Below are positions 39,761 to 50,021 of a stretch of DNA of 64,000 bases, in pieces; within the stretch, counting starts at the first letter, position 1, and each line of letters begins with the position of its first letter. The notes beneath the pieces are model-generated. The model did no database searches, was not told the origin of the DNA, and saw only the letters and a program-made list of their open reading frames with translations. Both the position numbers and the translations under genes were made by a program. The stretch is from an uncultured Crocinitomix sp. (GTDB taxonomy: Bacteria; Bacteroidota; Bacteroidia; Flavobacteriales_D; Crocinitomicaceae), in contig CAYPZN010000006.1 of assembly GCA_964415335.1 (NCBI GenBank), positions 11,657 through 75,656 on the forward strand. The letters are read 5' to 3'.

Positions 39761-42700
39761 CTATAGGTTCTGTAAATCAGGTTGTCTTAACACACCAAAC
39801 CATTTGAGAATTCTTTCTTCTTTGGTTCCGTCAGGAAGGTCAACTTCAACGTGAATAATATAAACACCTCCAGCGATAGGAATACCTCTATGATTTTGAA
39901 GATCCCAATCTAATGATGTTAATGGATCATCTTTTTCAAATGTTCTTACTAATGCACCCTGCATATTAAAGATAGTAACTGTACATCTTTCAGGAAGATT
40001 TGTAATCTTAACTCTGTTGTCCAATCTACTTGTCTCGTATTCAGAATAAGCATAGTAAGGATTAGGTACAACATTAATGTTATCTAATACCGATACTAAA
40101 CGATCTGTATCTGCTGTTCTTGATGGCTCATCAAAACTGAACTCATATAACGGATAACCTTCGTTTGAATTATTTACTTCACGTTCTTCATAAGGCTTGT
40201 TAATACGAGCACTAATCTTAACATCAGTATCTAACAATGGTGAGTTTTCCTCTAACATTGGTTCCATTACCCAGAAACAAGTTTCCCAAGCAGATCTGAA
40301 GTTTGTGTTACGAGTACCAGGGCTAGCTACATCATCTACCTCGAACATTTCTCTTAACCAAGCTCCATTATCATAAGGTCTTTCACCTTCATCAGTTCCA
40401 AAAACATATACATAATGCATTCCTCCAAACAATGGCACAAACGAGTTGTCAGCAAAACTTGATGTTGGATTCCAGATCATATCGTCTCCATTATCTCCAG
40501 TTAACCAAGAGTTTTCTGAGAACATCATATTTAATCTTTCTCCTGTATTTACATCTATTGCATATCCAGGGAACCATCCCATACCTGTTGCGTTAACTAG
40601 GTCTCCTTCGGCAGCGTTATAACCTTGTTCACCTGCGCTCAATCCGTTTTTATCAACAGATAAGTCACCTCTAGGCTCAAGAATAACGTCTCCGTGTTCA
40701 GTTTGATCTAAGATATCGTTAATCTCGATTACAGGGCATCTTGACCATAGTGATTTGTCATTTGTAATGATAATATCCACATCATGTAAGAGTGAAAATC
40801 TTGATTGACTTTGTGCCGTTCCTGCAGAAGTAAACCAAGTTTGATTTGATTCATACCAAGGTGTAGCTGTATTTTCTCCTGGGAATCCGTAAGGACTTCC
40901 ATAAGGACCTTTTCCAACTAATGAGAATGGTGCAATTCCTCCGTTCAATAATTGCTCATAAAGTGAGTTCTCTTGATCAAGTGGGAAATCATCATAATGA
41001 CATGGTTGTCTAAACCACATATCCGCAACACAACCTGGATTAGGTGTAGTAGGATGATCTGCCCCCTCACTAGAGTTTCCTGAACGAATCCAGTTTGTAG
41101 GATAAAATTGATCATCATCTTCTACAAAAGTTAACCATCTTTTTCCAGGATCAGCAAATGTCATAGAAGCTCCAATTGGTTCTGTAAATGTGCCAACACC
41201 AAAACCTTCATATTGTTGCTGCCTTACAGTAATCGAAAGTCCCCATTCAAGAATCAATTGTTCTCTAACAATAGAGATAGAAGTATCACTCCAAACAGTA
41301 TCAATAGCTCCTTCAAATGTTCTTTCTAACCACCATCTTGAATCATCTAAGTCACTCTCGCTATTGTCAAATCCAAGTCTATAGTTACCACCTTGAAGAT
41401 TTAACGGGTCAACTACTTTAACTTCAACAGGACCAGAACCACTTTGGTAAGTAGGACTATCATCTTTTCCTGTTGATAAAATTGTATTTACAGTTTCATC
41501 TGTTAATTCTAAGAAAACTCCTCCATTTCCTTCACCTTCAATTTGTGTAATTTCCGGTTGGAATCCATAAGTTGTAGTAAATACTCGTCCATCAGCTTCA
41601 GGAGATGGATCATGTGGAATACCAACAACAGCCTCAATTCCTCCATTAATAGAAGCACGAGATCTTAAGTATGGTCTTCTTTGTCCATCAAGAGCAGTAG
41701 GATCATTAGGATCAAACGTTTTGAAGTTATTATGTGCATAAGAAACTGCGATATAATAATACTTTCTATGATTTACTAAAGTTCTATCTCCGTTTGCAAA
41801 AAGGTCTTCAGTAACAACGAAAGATCTTCTGATTCCTTCATCTAAACCAAATGCACCTGCTGGTTCTACAACAACTTCAGGAATAGAAATATTAAGTTCT
41901 TCATCAAATGTGTAGTTTACTAATTTCCCAACTCCATTTTGAATATCAGTTTGAGCAATTAATCTTGCTTTAGATAAATCTCCAATATCAGATATAGATG
42001 CATTTTCATCTACCATTTGGAAAATTTGGAATCCTTCAAATCTGAATAAATCATCATAAACAATTCCCATTTCTAATAGTTCATCCGGCGTAATAATGTT
42101 AATTCTGTCTCTTTCTGTATAATTTTCAAGTCCAATTGGTCCTGGAGGATCAGATAAGAATAATACAAGTTCGTTTTCTAATTCTTGAATTGTCATAACT
42201 GGCGCCAATGGTGGCTCAACTAATTCGAAACAGTTATCAAAAAGAGCTTGTGCTTTTGTATCTGCAGTTTTTAGTGCTCTAATAGGTGCTTCAATATCTG
42301 ACTCTGTACTTCTTGCTACTACAACACCAACAGTAATATTATTTACTGCTCCAGGTCTTAAGACAAAAGGACCAGCTGATTGAAGGAATCGTCTATCTCC
42401 AGAAGGATTCATTTCAGTTAATTCAGACCAAGGATCTGTTGAAGGAAGTGCATTTGGAAAAGTACCCCATCCTAATGGATCAGAATCATCAGGGAACATA
42501 AATCTAGTTGGAACACCTGAACCGGTTGTATTACCATTACCACCAAATTGCATTGGCAATCCATCTAACCATATTCCTCTTAAATAACTATAAAAATCTG
42601 CAGCTGTATTTGGATCATTATATGGTCCAGGTCCAATTCCATGGAAAACAAATCGTTGCATTCCATAACGTTCATTATCTACTACACCATCTCCATAACC

Positions 42701-43924
42701 AATTCCATTTAATGCTTCTCCATCTGCAATACCTTCTGCATTATCAATACCATCATTATCTTGATAAGGCCCTTCAAAGAAATCGACACCTACTGCTGGA
42801 GGATTAGCTCCATAACCTGGTTGCCCTGCTTGTCCAGCATCAGTTAAATCTCCATTATAACAAAATCCTAATCCACGCCCAACATCACAACCGACAAGGT
42901 CATTAGCTGCAAATCCTACATCTGGATCCACCCATTGACCAAAGAATGTATTTTGAAGTGTTTGTGTACCTCTATTAATTAACTCATAATTATAGAATGT
43001 CATGTCATTTACCTCATCATCAGTAGCAAAAGTAAATGCTTGTGCTCTTACTTCCATTCCAATTGGATCACCACCAGTTTCAGTGTGAATATTTCCACGA
43101 TCATTAAAAACCCACCAATGCGTTTCATCTCCAAATAAAGTAACGCGGCGATCATTTCTACAATCTACTACATCTTCAATATCATACCAAGGGTAATCAC
43201 CGTCAGCAATTGGATCATAAACACCATTTCCAGTTTCTCCTGGTAATGCGTTATCGAAGAATGGTGCTAAATAAAAATCTTCACCTATAGACTCATCACC
43301 ATGTGCTGGCCATTCTTGAATTCTTCTAAAAACATCTTCAGATGGTCTGATAATGTCTCCACAATCTGCTGGATCAGTTACACCGTTTTCACAGTTCCAC
43401 CAAGCAATAAATTGAAGTACTTCACTTTTTCTGATTGTAAAGAATTGATCGTAAAAACTACACGTTGCAGGTAAAATTTCAGCCGCACCACTGTTTCTCA
43501 CAAGATTTAATTCTGCAGATTGTGGAATAAACGGATCATAATTTCCTGTTCCTGGGATTAGACTGTTTAGAGGGCCAGCCCAGAAATCGTTTCCTTGTCT
43601 AAATAGATGTGCAGCCAATTTTAACTGACCGTTAACATCTTCACCACCCATCCAAAGTGCTCCTGAGAATAGAACGTGATTACCACTTCCTTTAGGGAAC
43701 TCATAAGACGCTGCTGTATTTGCACGATCTTGCCACAACGACCCACCTGTTTCGACTAAGGCTCTAATATTGTTAAACTCTACGAATAATCTTTCATTTG
43801 AAGGAGCACAATCAGCCGCTCTCGACTCAATTGTTTCCGACACTGGATGAAGATTTTCGTAGTAGTAACCGAACATTGTGTTCGCTACTCCTAACATTAA
43901 AATATTCAATAATAACTTTTTCAT
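39761..43924 (-). CDS. Very large (1387 aa) secreted protein of unknown function with a FlgD-Ig/PorU-like C-terminal domain
   Basis: Signal peptide MKKLLLNILMLGVANTMFG. I recognise no catalytic motif. The C-terminal ~100 aa read VVPNPYYAYSEYE...VKITNLPERCTVTIFNMQGALVRTF...LDWDLQNHRGIPIAGGVYIIHVEV...KWFGVLR. Confidence 0.7.
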   Translation of the reverse strand: MKKLLLNILMLGVANTMFGYYYENLHPVSETIESRAADCAPSNERLFVEFNNIRALVETGGSLWQDRANTAASYEFPKGSGNHVLFSGALWMGGEDVNGQLKLAAHLFRQGNDFWAGPLNSLIPGTGNYDPFIPQSAELNLVRNSGAAEILPATCSFYDQFFTIRKSEVLQFIAWWNCENGVTDPADCGDIIRPSEDVFRRIQEWPAHGDESIGEDFYLAPFFDNALPGETGNGVYDPIADGDYPWYDIEDVVDCRNDRRVTLFGDETHWWVFNDRGNIHTETGGDPIGMEVRAQAFTFATDDEVNDMTFYNYELINRGTQTLQNTFFGQWVDPDVGFAANDLVGCDVGRGLGFCYNGDLTDAGQAGQPGYGANPPAVGVDFFEGPYQDNDGIDNAEGIADGEALNGIGYGDGVVDNERYGMQRFVFHGIGPGPYNDPNTAADFYSYLRGIWLDGLPMQFGGNGNTTGSGVPTRFMFPDDSDPLGWGTFPNALPSTDPWSELTEMNPSGDRRFLQSAGPFVLRPGAVNNITVGVVVARSTESDIEAPIRALKTADTKAQALFDNCFELVEPPLAPVMTIQELENELVLFLSDPPGPIGLENYTERDRINIITPDELLEMGIVYDDLFRFEGFQIFQMVDENASISDIGDLSKARLIAQTDIQNGVGKLVNYTFDEELNISIPEVVVEPAGAFGLDEGIRRSFVVTEDLFANGDRTLVNHRKYYYIAVSYAHNNFKTFDPNDPTALDGQRRPYLRSRASINGGIEAVVGIPHDPSPEADGRVFTTTYGFQPEITQIEGEGNGGVFLELTDETVNTILSTGKDDSPTYQSGSGPVEVKVVDPLNLQGGNYRLGFDNSESDLDDSRWWLERTFEGAIDTVWSDTSISIVREQLILEWGLSITVRQQQYEGFGVGTFTEPIGASMTFADPGKRWLTFVEDDDQFYPTNWIRSGNSSEGADHPTTPNPGCVADMWFRQPCHYDDFPLDQENSLYEQLLNGGIAPFSLVGKGPYGSPYGFPGENTATPWYESNQTWFTSAGTAQSQSRFSLLHDVDIIITNDKSLWSRCPVIEINDILDQTEHGDVILEPRGDLSVDKNGLSAGEQGYNAAEGDLVNATGMGWFPGYAIDVNTGERLNMMFSENSWLTGDNGDDMIWNPTSSFADNSFVPLFGGMHYVYVFGTDEGERPYDNGAWLREMFEVDDVASPGTRNTNFRSAWETCFWVMEPMLEENSPLLDTDVKISARINKPYEEREVNNSNEGYPLYEFSFDEPSRTADTDRLVSVLDNINVVPNPYYAYSEYETSRLDNRVKITNLPERCTVTIFNMQGALVRTFEKDDPLTSLDWDLQNHRGIPIAGGVYIIHVEVDLPDGTKEERILKWFGVLRQPDLQNL

Positions 43925-43955
43925 ACTTTCTTTTTTAACTTCTAAGTTTTAAGGA

Positions 43956-46900
43956 TTAAAAGTCGAATTTTACACCTAATCGAATTGTTCTTGGAATACC
44001 ATAGTTAAATGGATTTTGAACTTTCAACGTATAATAATCTCTGAATGATTGCTCATCCAACTGGTTTTGAATTGAAGCTTGGAATTGAGATGCTGCTAAA
44101 TATCCATCATCCCCAGGGTTACCAGTAGCCCTGTATACATTTAACACGTTAATGATATTAAATAGGTTGGTTGCACGAACATATACATTCAAGTAAGCAG
44201 CTTTCTTTTTGTTTTCATCATCTCCAAATTGAAGTGTGAAATTTCTATCCAATTGAAGATCTACTCTATATTGCCAAGGTTTTCTTGATCCATTCAACGA
44301 TCCATCTAAAGGAGCAGAACCTCCAGCTAATAAAGCTTCTCCTGCTGCTTGTGTAAATCCAGAATAAGGTGAACCTGAACCTAATTGAGTTACAACATTC
44401 AATCCTGTATTTTCAAGAACTCCAAATCGACCTATAGATGGCCCGTTATAATCTTTTCCTCCTCCATAACGATAATCAAGTACTACGTTGATAACGTGTC
44501 TTTGATCAAAAGAGAATGGGAAAATTGTTCTTAAGTTTGGTTCTCCTGAGTTAACTAAACTTGCAGCAGATGTTGCATCTGTTCCAGTTCCTTCAGCAAA
44601 TTGCAATGTATAAGAAGCTGTCATTCTAATGTTACCTGTTCTTCTTAAATCATAAGAAACTGTTAACCCTTTTACTGTTCCGAAATCTCTATTTCCAAAA
44701 GAACGATACGTATTAGGGAAAGCAGAGAACACGTTAATTAACTGAACTTGATCTCTTTGTTCTTTATAAAAAGCAGAGATTTTTAAAGAAGATGTTTTTG
44801 TTAAAACCTGTTGGAAACCTAATTCATAATCAATTGTTTTCTCTGGTCTTAAGTTAGGGTTGTTAATTACAACGTTCCTATCTTCAATAAACTGGTATTG
44901 AATAGGATCAAATCTATTTCCTGTTGTTGGTCTCTTTGTTAAGATATCGTAATGAGCGAAGAAAGAAGCTTCATCAGAAATCGGGAAAGAGAAAGCAACT
45001 CTTGGAGATACATTTATCTGAGGTTTATAGTCTTCAAAAGACTCAGCCGTTGGTGTATCTAATGTAGGGTCTAATAACCAAGGAGCAATTCCTGAACTTC
45101 CTTCAAGAATACTTGGATCTGCGATTTCAACACCATCAGCATTAAACCAAGTTTCTCCATTTCTATAACCATTAATTGCAGTTGGATTATCAACATCATT
45201 TACATATACAATAAAATCATCTCCAATATTTTCTGGGTGAGTAATTGGAGCACCATTGTCAAATTCTGTTGCCTCTCTAGCTGTTCTAGCTTCATATAAC
45301 AAGAAAGGATCTTTTAACACTGGTTGATTCGCATCAAAGATATCAACACGTACACCTACGTTAAAGATAATATCATCAAAGGCAAATTTATCAATTAAAT
45401 AACCCGCTGTATAGATTGGTTGGAAAGCTCCAATTGTTCTAGAGAAGTTTTGATCTTCATTAAAATCATTGAAATAAGCATTAATATCTGTATTTCCTCT
45501 AATTTTATTTCCAGTATGATCATAGCCAAACCATGTAAACAACGTGTTTCCAGAGTTTAATAACTCATCAGCACTAAACTGATCTAATGTAAAGAAGTCT
45601 GGATCTAATGCATCAATATCAATAAAATCTGTTCCATCTGGATCTAATCCTAACTTTCTTCTTAAGTTGTAATCAAAGAAGAATTGTGCATCTCCGTTTT
45701 CTTGCCCACCAAATTCACCTTTAGAAGCGTTCAAACGATCAAAAGTTACTCTTGGGAAGGTACCGAAGAAATCAAATGTTGCCTCTTCTCTGTCTAACTC
45801 AGTAATATGGTTATTTGTTAACTGTCTAGCAATTGTCCAAATTCCTAATGGATTCCCTCCAAATGATCTATCCCATCTTTGCTCATATTCGAAACCTAAA
45901 GATATTGCGTGATCATTTAAGTTAACTGTACCTGAACCTGTAATTCTGAATTGATCAGCTTGACTGAATCCGTAGAAGTTAAATGGAGTTCCTAAGTTAT
46001 TCCAAATACCATATACACTTTGAGGAGCATCTCCATTTCTTAATCCATTTCCTTGCTCAATTTGAAATAAGTTTTCGAAGTTTCCTACTGGCTGACCAGC
46101 AAAGATATCGAAGTACTGACTTGTAATTGCTGCAAAAGCTTCGTTTGTTGCAGAAGGAGTAAACTCAACTAAAGTATCTCTAAATCCATTGTGAATTAAA
46201 CTATCTCCTGCGTCATTGAATTCATAAGTTATTTCTCTAAACGTTTCAAATGTACCAACATGTCCATAGTTAAATATGCGATCTTCATGTTTTGCATCCC
46301 ATGTTCTTCCGTGGGTTTGAGAATAATCCACCTGAAGTGAATAGAAAGCACTTTTAATTTTAGAAGTAGAACCTTCTTGATTGTTATTAAATCGTTGTGT
46401 AAAACGTCCATAAACTCTCCAATCATAGTTTCTTGATTCACCAAAATTATCAAAGTTCAATAATGAATTATTATAATTATAGTTTCTTCCGTTATTATAT
46501 GCAAACGATCCTCCAAATGTTAAATTCACATTTGGCCCAGCATTAACATCAATTTTACCTGCTGCTGAAACTGATCTATTTCTTGCATTTTGTCTCCAAG
46601 CCACTTGTTCAAAATCAGACAATGCTGGATCCTCATTATCTCGTAAAAAATCTGTATTAAAGAAAGCTCCTGTCCCAAGTCCTGTAGGTCGAAGTGGGTT
46701 CGCCAAAAGCTCATCTCGCACCTCTCTTTTTACTCGGTAAGCACCACCATTTGCTAGTGGTCTTCCATCTAATACATCTTGATAATTAACAGAAAGGAAG
46801 AAACCTAAAATAGGTTTTGATGTCTTATTCCCTAATGAATCTTTTTTTAACAATAACGGCCCAGAGATTAATCCCTCTGTAAGGTTATACGCATATTGAT

Positions 46901-47684
46901 CTAAACCGAAAACTCTTCCATCATATCCTAATGGATCTTCACCATTAACATAAAAACCAGAAGTTACACCTTCAAAAGAACCAAAGTACTTCGCAGAAGG
47001 TCCTCTTGTTGTAATTGAGATAATCCCCCCTGTTATATCACCATAATTTGCAGGAACTCCCCCTGTAATTACAGCAACCTCTTGAATTGCCGATTTAGGA
47101 AGTGCTGACGACCCTCTTACTTTAATCCCATCTATATAAAAGAAGTTAGCATCTGATCGAGCACCACGGATATTTAATCCGCCCCCACCTTCTTGGCTTA
47201 TTACACCACCAACTGTAGCTGCAATACCTTGAGCCGAACGAAGTGGTAATTTTTTAATATCTTCTCTTGTCACAGTAGCACCTGAAGCACCTCCATCTTT
47301 ATCAATTAATGGAACTTCATAGTAAGTTACCTCTACCACATCCAATAACTCAGATGAAGGAGACAAGTCTAAAGGTAAAATTGTTAGTTTATCTGAATTG
47401 ACAACAACTCCTTCTTTACGAATAGAGGTGTACCCAACGAACCTAACCTCTACTGCGTATTCTCCAGGAGGAAGTGAACTAACTAAGAATTTACCGTCAA
47501 AATCTGTCGCTGCAAAACCTTTTTGCTGACCAGATTGAAAAACAACAACCTTAACGAAAGGCAGCGGTTCTCCAGAACTTTTATCGGTTACTGACCCCTT
47601 AATGGATCCGTTACCGGTTTGTGCAAAACTAAAACTTGCTGAAAACAAGAGCATTACACATAATAATTTTAGATGTTTAAGCAT
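43956..47684 (-). CDS. Oar-like giant TonB-dependent outer-membrane receptor (CarboxypepD_reg + plug + ~1000-aa barrel)
   Basis: 1242-aa ORF. Signal peptide, then GSIKGSVTDKSSGEPLPFVKVVVF...TDFDGKFLVSSLPPGEYAVEVRFVGY (CarboxypepD_reg). The plug reads TREDIKKLPLRSAQGIAATVGGV...LNIRGARSDANFFYIDGIKV. The C-terminal barrel ends ...RTIRLGVKFDF. No SusD-like gene follows it. Confidence 0.8.
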   Translation of the reverse strand: MLKHLKLLCVMLLFSASFSFAQTGNGSIKGSVTDKSSGEPLPFVKVVVFQSGQQKGFAATDFDGKFLVSSLPPGEYAVEVRFVGYTSIRKEGVVVNSDKLTILPLDLSPSSELLDVVEVTYYEVPLIDKDGGASGATVTREDIKKLPLRSAQGIAATVGGVISQEGGGGLNIRGARSDANFFYIDGIKVRGSSALPKSAIQEVAVITGGVPANYGDITGGIISITTRGPSAKYFGSFEGVTSGFYVNGEDPLGYDGRVFGLDQYAYNLTEGLISGPLLLKKDSLGNKTSKPILGFFLSVNYQDVLDGRPLANGGAYRVKREVRDELLANPLRPTGLGTGAFFNTDFLRDNEDPALSDFEQVAWRQNARNRSVSAAGKIDVNAGPNVNLTFGGSFAYNNGRNYNYNNSLLNFDNFGESRNYDWRVYGRFTQRFNNNQEGSTSKIKSAFYSLQVDYSQTHGRTWDAKHEDRIFNYGHVGTFETFREITYEFNDAGDSLIHNGFRDTLVEFTPSATNEAFAAITSQYFDIFAGQPVGNFENLFQIEQGNGLRNGDAPQSVYGIWNNLGTPFNFYGFSQADQFRITGSGTVNLNDHAISLGFEYEQRWDRSFGGNPLGIWTIARQLTNNHITELDREEATFDFFGTFPRVTFDRLNASKGEFGGQENGDAQFFFDYNLRRKLGLDPDGTDFIDIDALDPDFFTLDQFSADELLNSGNTLFTWFGYDHTGNKIRGNTDINAYFNDFNEDQNFSRTIGAFQPIYTAGYLIDKFAFDDIIFNVGVRVDIFDANQPVLKDPFLLYEARTAREATEFDNGAPITHPENIGDDFIVYVNDVDNPTAINGYRNGETWFNADGVEIADPSILEGSSGIAPWLLDPTLDTPTAESFEDYKPQINVSPRVAFSFPISDEASFFAHYDILTKRPTTGNRFDPIQYQFIEDRNVVINNPNLRPEKTIDYELGFQQVLTKTSSLKISAFYKEQRDQVQLINVFSAFPNTYRSFGNRDFGTVKGLTVSYDLRRTGNIRMTASYTLQFAEGTGTDATSAASLVNSGEPNLRTIFPFSFDQRHVINVVLDYRYGGGKDYNGPSIGRFGVLENTGLNVVTQLGSGSPYSGFTQAAGEALLAGGSAPLDGSLNGSRKPWQYRVDLQLDRNFTLQFGDDENKKKAAYLNVYVRATNLFNIINVLNVYRATGNPGDDGYLAASQFQASIQNQLDEQSFRDYYTLKVQNPFNYGIPRTIRLGVKFDF

Positions 47685-47853
47685 AAGTAAGCGTGTTTGT
47701 TAAAAAATCTTAAAACAATAGCCCGTAAATATAGGCATTAATTTAATTTATCTACCAAAAAAAAATAACAAAATTTAACAGTATAAATTCAATTCCAAAT
47801 TTACGATTACAATAAGTGATTAGAAAGTGTAAGACGCAACAATTTACTTCAAA

Positions 47854-48144
47854 TTATACAAGTCTATTGTTCTTTTGAGGTTTCCCCCTTTGTCTTCTTC
47901 GAGCATTCTTTGCTGCTCGTTTCATTCTTTTACGAGTTGCCTTATCTTGATTACGCCACGTTTTTCTTCGGCTTCTCTTTTGTCTTTTGTAAGTACTCTT
48001 TACTTGTTTATTTCTCCCCCCTTTGTTTCCTGACTTAACACTCTTCGCTCCTTTATCTTGCACAAAGCCAACTTGAGGTGTCACAACAAGGGATACAATA
48101 ATTATTAGTAATTTCGTTATTAAAGTACGTAACAGATTAATCAT
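47854..48144 (-). CDS. Possible small, extremely basic exported protein
   Basis: 96-aa ORF. The N-terminus is hydrophobic (LITKLLIIIVSLVVTPQVGFVQ). By my count, 29 of the last 67 residues are K or R. Its start codon overlaps the divergent ATG at 48143, so whether it is a real gene is uncertain. Confidence 0.3.
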   Translation of the reverse strand: MINLLRTLITKLLIIIVSLVVTPQVGFVQDKGAKSVKSGNKGGRNKQVKSTYKRQKRSRRKTWRNQDKATRKRMKRAAKNARRRQRGKPQKNNRLV

Positions 48145-48577
48145 GCAACAAATATATTTAAGATACTTTTTAATATCTACACTTTTAACAACTTTCTTAT
48201 TAACATCTTGTGAAGAACGGAACTATCCTATTCCTAACCTGCCTGTTAACAGAACATTAAACCTTGATTTGCCCGCATATGTGGCACTTAATTCTCCAGG
48301 AGGATACGCATATGTTAATGGAGGATCGAGAGGAATAGTCGTTTATCGTAATTTCGACGAGTTTATCGCTTTGGATCGACATTCAACAATTAATTCTGAT
48401 ATGGAATGTGCTGTAGTTGACGTTAATCCTGACAATCCATTTGAACTTATTGATACCTGCTCTAATACAACATACAGCATCCTTACTGGAGTTGTTTTAA
48501 GCGGATCTGCTCAGTTTGCATTAAGACGCTATAATGCACAATGGGACGGGGCTTTCACCGTCAATATTATAAACTAA
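48143..48577 (+). CDS. Hypothetical lipoprotein
   Basis: 144-aa ORF. Signal and lipobox LLTTFLLTSCEE. Small beta-rich domain; no family assigned. Confidence 0.55.
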   Translation: MQQIYLRYFLISTLLTTFLLTSCEERNYPIPNLPVNRTLNLDLPAYVALNSPGGYAYVNGGSRGIVVYRNFDEFIALDRHSTINSDMECAVVDVNPDNPFELIDTCSNTTYSILTGVVLSGSAQFALRRYNAQWDGAFTVNIIN

Positions 48578-48580
48578 AAA

Positions 48581-48605
48581 AAGGGTAACTCAATGAATTA
48601 CCCTT
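48581..48605. terminator. Bidirectional terminator between the 48143-48577 gene (+) and ahcY (-)
   Basis: AAGGGTAA (48581-48588) pairs with TTACCCTT (48598-48605). It is preceded by AAAAAA and followed by TTAATTT. Confidence 0.7.
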
Positions 48606-48630
48606 TTAATTTCATCATTACTAATTTATT

Positions 48631-49944
48631 CTAATATCTGTAGTGTTCTGGCTTGTAAGGCCCTTCAACTTTCACACCGATATAATCAGCTTGATCTTTA
48701 GAAAGCTCTTCTAATTCAACTCCAATTTTAGCCAAGTGTAGTTTAGCCACCTTTTCATCAAGATGTTTTGGCAACATATACACATCATTTTCGTAATCAG
48801 CAGAGTTCTTCCAAAGTTCTATTTGTGCTAGAGTTTGGTTGGTAAATGAATTAGACATTACAAAAGATGGATGTCCAGTTGCGCAACCTAGATTCACTAG
48901 CCTACCTTCTGCGAGTAAAATAATGTCATTTCCATTTACATTGTAAATATCAACCTGCGGTTTAACTTCAACTTTTGAAGCTCCAAAGTTATCATTTAAC
49001 CAAGCAACATCAATTTCATTGTCAAAGTGGCCAATATTACATACAATCGTTTTGTCTTTCATTTTTTCAAAATGTTTTCCAACGATAATGTCTTTATTTC
49101 CAGTTGTTGTAACAACAATATCAGCTTCACCAACTGCGTTAGCCATAGTTTTCACTGCAAAACCATCCATAGCTGCTTGTAACGCGCAAATTGGATCGAT
49201 TTCAGTAACAACTACTCTAGCACCAGCACCTCTTAAAGAAGCAGCAGAACCTTTTCCAACATCTCCATATCCAGCAACAACAGCAACTTTACCTGCCATC
49301 ATTGTATCTGTTGCTCTTCTAATTGCATCAACTAAAGATTCTTTACAACCATATTTGTTATCGAATTTAGATTTTGTAACAGAATCATTCACATTGATTG
49401 CAGGCATCACTAAAGTGCCATTCTTAACTCTTTCATATAATCTATGTACACCCGTCGTTGTTTCCTCAGACAATCCTTTAATGTCTTTTGTCAATTCAGG
49501 ATAACGATCAAAAACCATATTCGTTAAATCTCCTCCATCATCTAGGATCATATTTAAAGGCTTACCTCCTTCAAAAGCAAACAAAGTTTGTTCAATACAC
49601 CAATCAAATTCCTCTTCATTCATACCTTTCCAAGCATAAACCGGAATTCCAGCATTTGCAATTGCTGCTGCTGCTTGATCTTGCGTTGAAAAGATGTTAC
49701 AAGAAGACCAAGTAACCTCAGCTCCAAGCTCGATCAATGTTTCAATTAAAACAGCTGTCTGAATTGTCATGTGAAGACAACCAGCGATTCGAGCTCCAGC
49801 CAAAGGTTTAGAAGCTCCATACTCTTCTCTTAAAGACATTAAACCTGGCATTTCTGCTTCAGCAAGTCTTATTTCTTTTCTTCCCCAATCTGCTAAGCTA
49901 ATATCCTTAACTTTGTACTTTAATTTTTCTTGTGTATTACTCAT
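48631..49944 (-). CDS. ahcY: Adenosylhomocysteinase
   Basis: 437-aa [51 protein letters not shown]-binding [12 protein letters not shown], and IGHFDNEID are unmistakable SAH hydrolase blocks. Confidence 0.96.
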   Translation of the reverse strand: MSNTQEKLKYKVKDISLADWGRKEIRLAEAEMPGLMSLREEYGASKPLAGARIAGCLHMTIQTAVLIETLIELGAEVTWSSCNIFSTQDQAAAAIANAGIPVYAWKGMNEEEFDWCIEQTLFAFEGGKPLNMILDDGGDLTNMVFDRYPELTKDIKGLSEETTTGVHRLYERVKNGTLVMPAINVNDSVTKSKFDNKYGCKESLVDAIRRATDTMMAGKVAVVAGYGDVGKGSAASLRGAGARVVVTEIDPICALQAAMDGFAVKTMANAVGEADIVVTTTGNKDIIVGKHFEKMKDKTIVCNIGHFDNEIDVAWLNDNFGASKVEVKPQVDIYNVNGNDIILLAEGRLVNLGCATGHPSFVMSNSFTNQTLAQIELWKNSADYENDVYMLPKHLDEKVAKLHLAKIGVELEELSKDQADYIGVKVEGPYKPEHYRY

Positions 49945-50021
49945 TTTTAATATTTTTTCCTTAAAGTTGATGCAAAAGTACGAAACAACTTTCTAATTTG
50001 CATCATTAAAACCTGAAAGCC

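Noticed and set aside
39761-43924. The 1387-aa protein might simply be PorU, the T9SS sortase, because it precedes a PorV-like gene and has a PorU-like C-terminal domain.
   Set aside because: I could not find a gingipain/C25-type catalytic signature (a ..YxGHG.. His block and a downstream ..TC.. Cys block) anywhere in the translation. It is therefore not called PorU. The possibility is kept as the explicit refutation test in the finding.
49019-49504. A 161-aa plus-strand ORF lies antisense to ahcY. Similar embedded ORFs occur at 3725-3928, 6940-7270, 8134-8446, 10930-11151, 17129-17637, 18936-19148, 20179-20370, 21800-22021, 26161-26379, 28618-28923, 35958-36400, 38159-38411, 40729-42807, 46229-46714, 50937-51285, 52441-55150, 55443-56441, 58109-59881 and 60233-60430.
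   Set aside because: All of them are nested within, or antisense to, long ORFs that have clear family signatures. They have skewed, low-complexity compositions and no signals of their own.
49945-50021. I looked for an SAH riboswitch or other leader structure upstream of ahcY.
   Set aside because: Only 77 nt separate ahcY from the divergent PPTase gene. I see no SAH-riboswitch-like pseudoknot or conserved core there.
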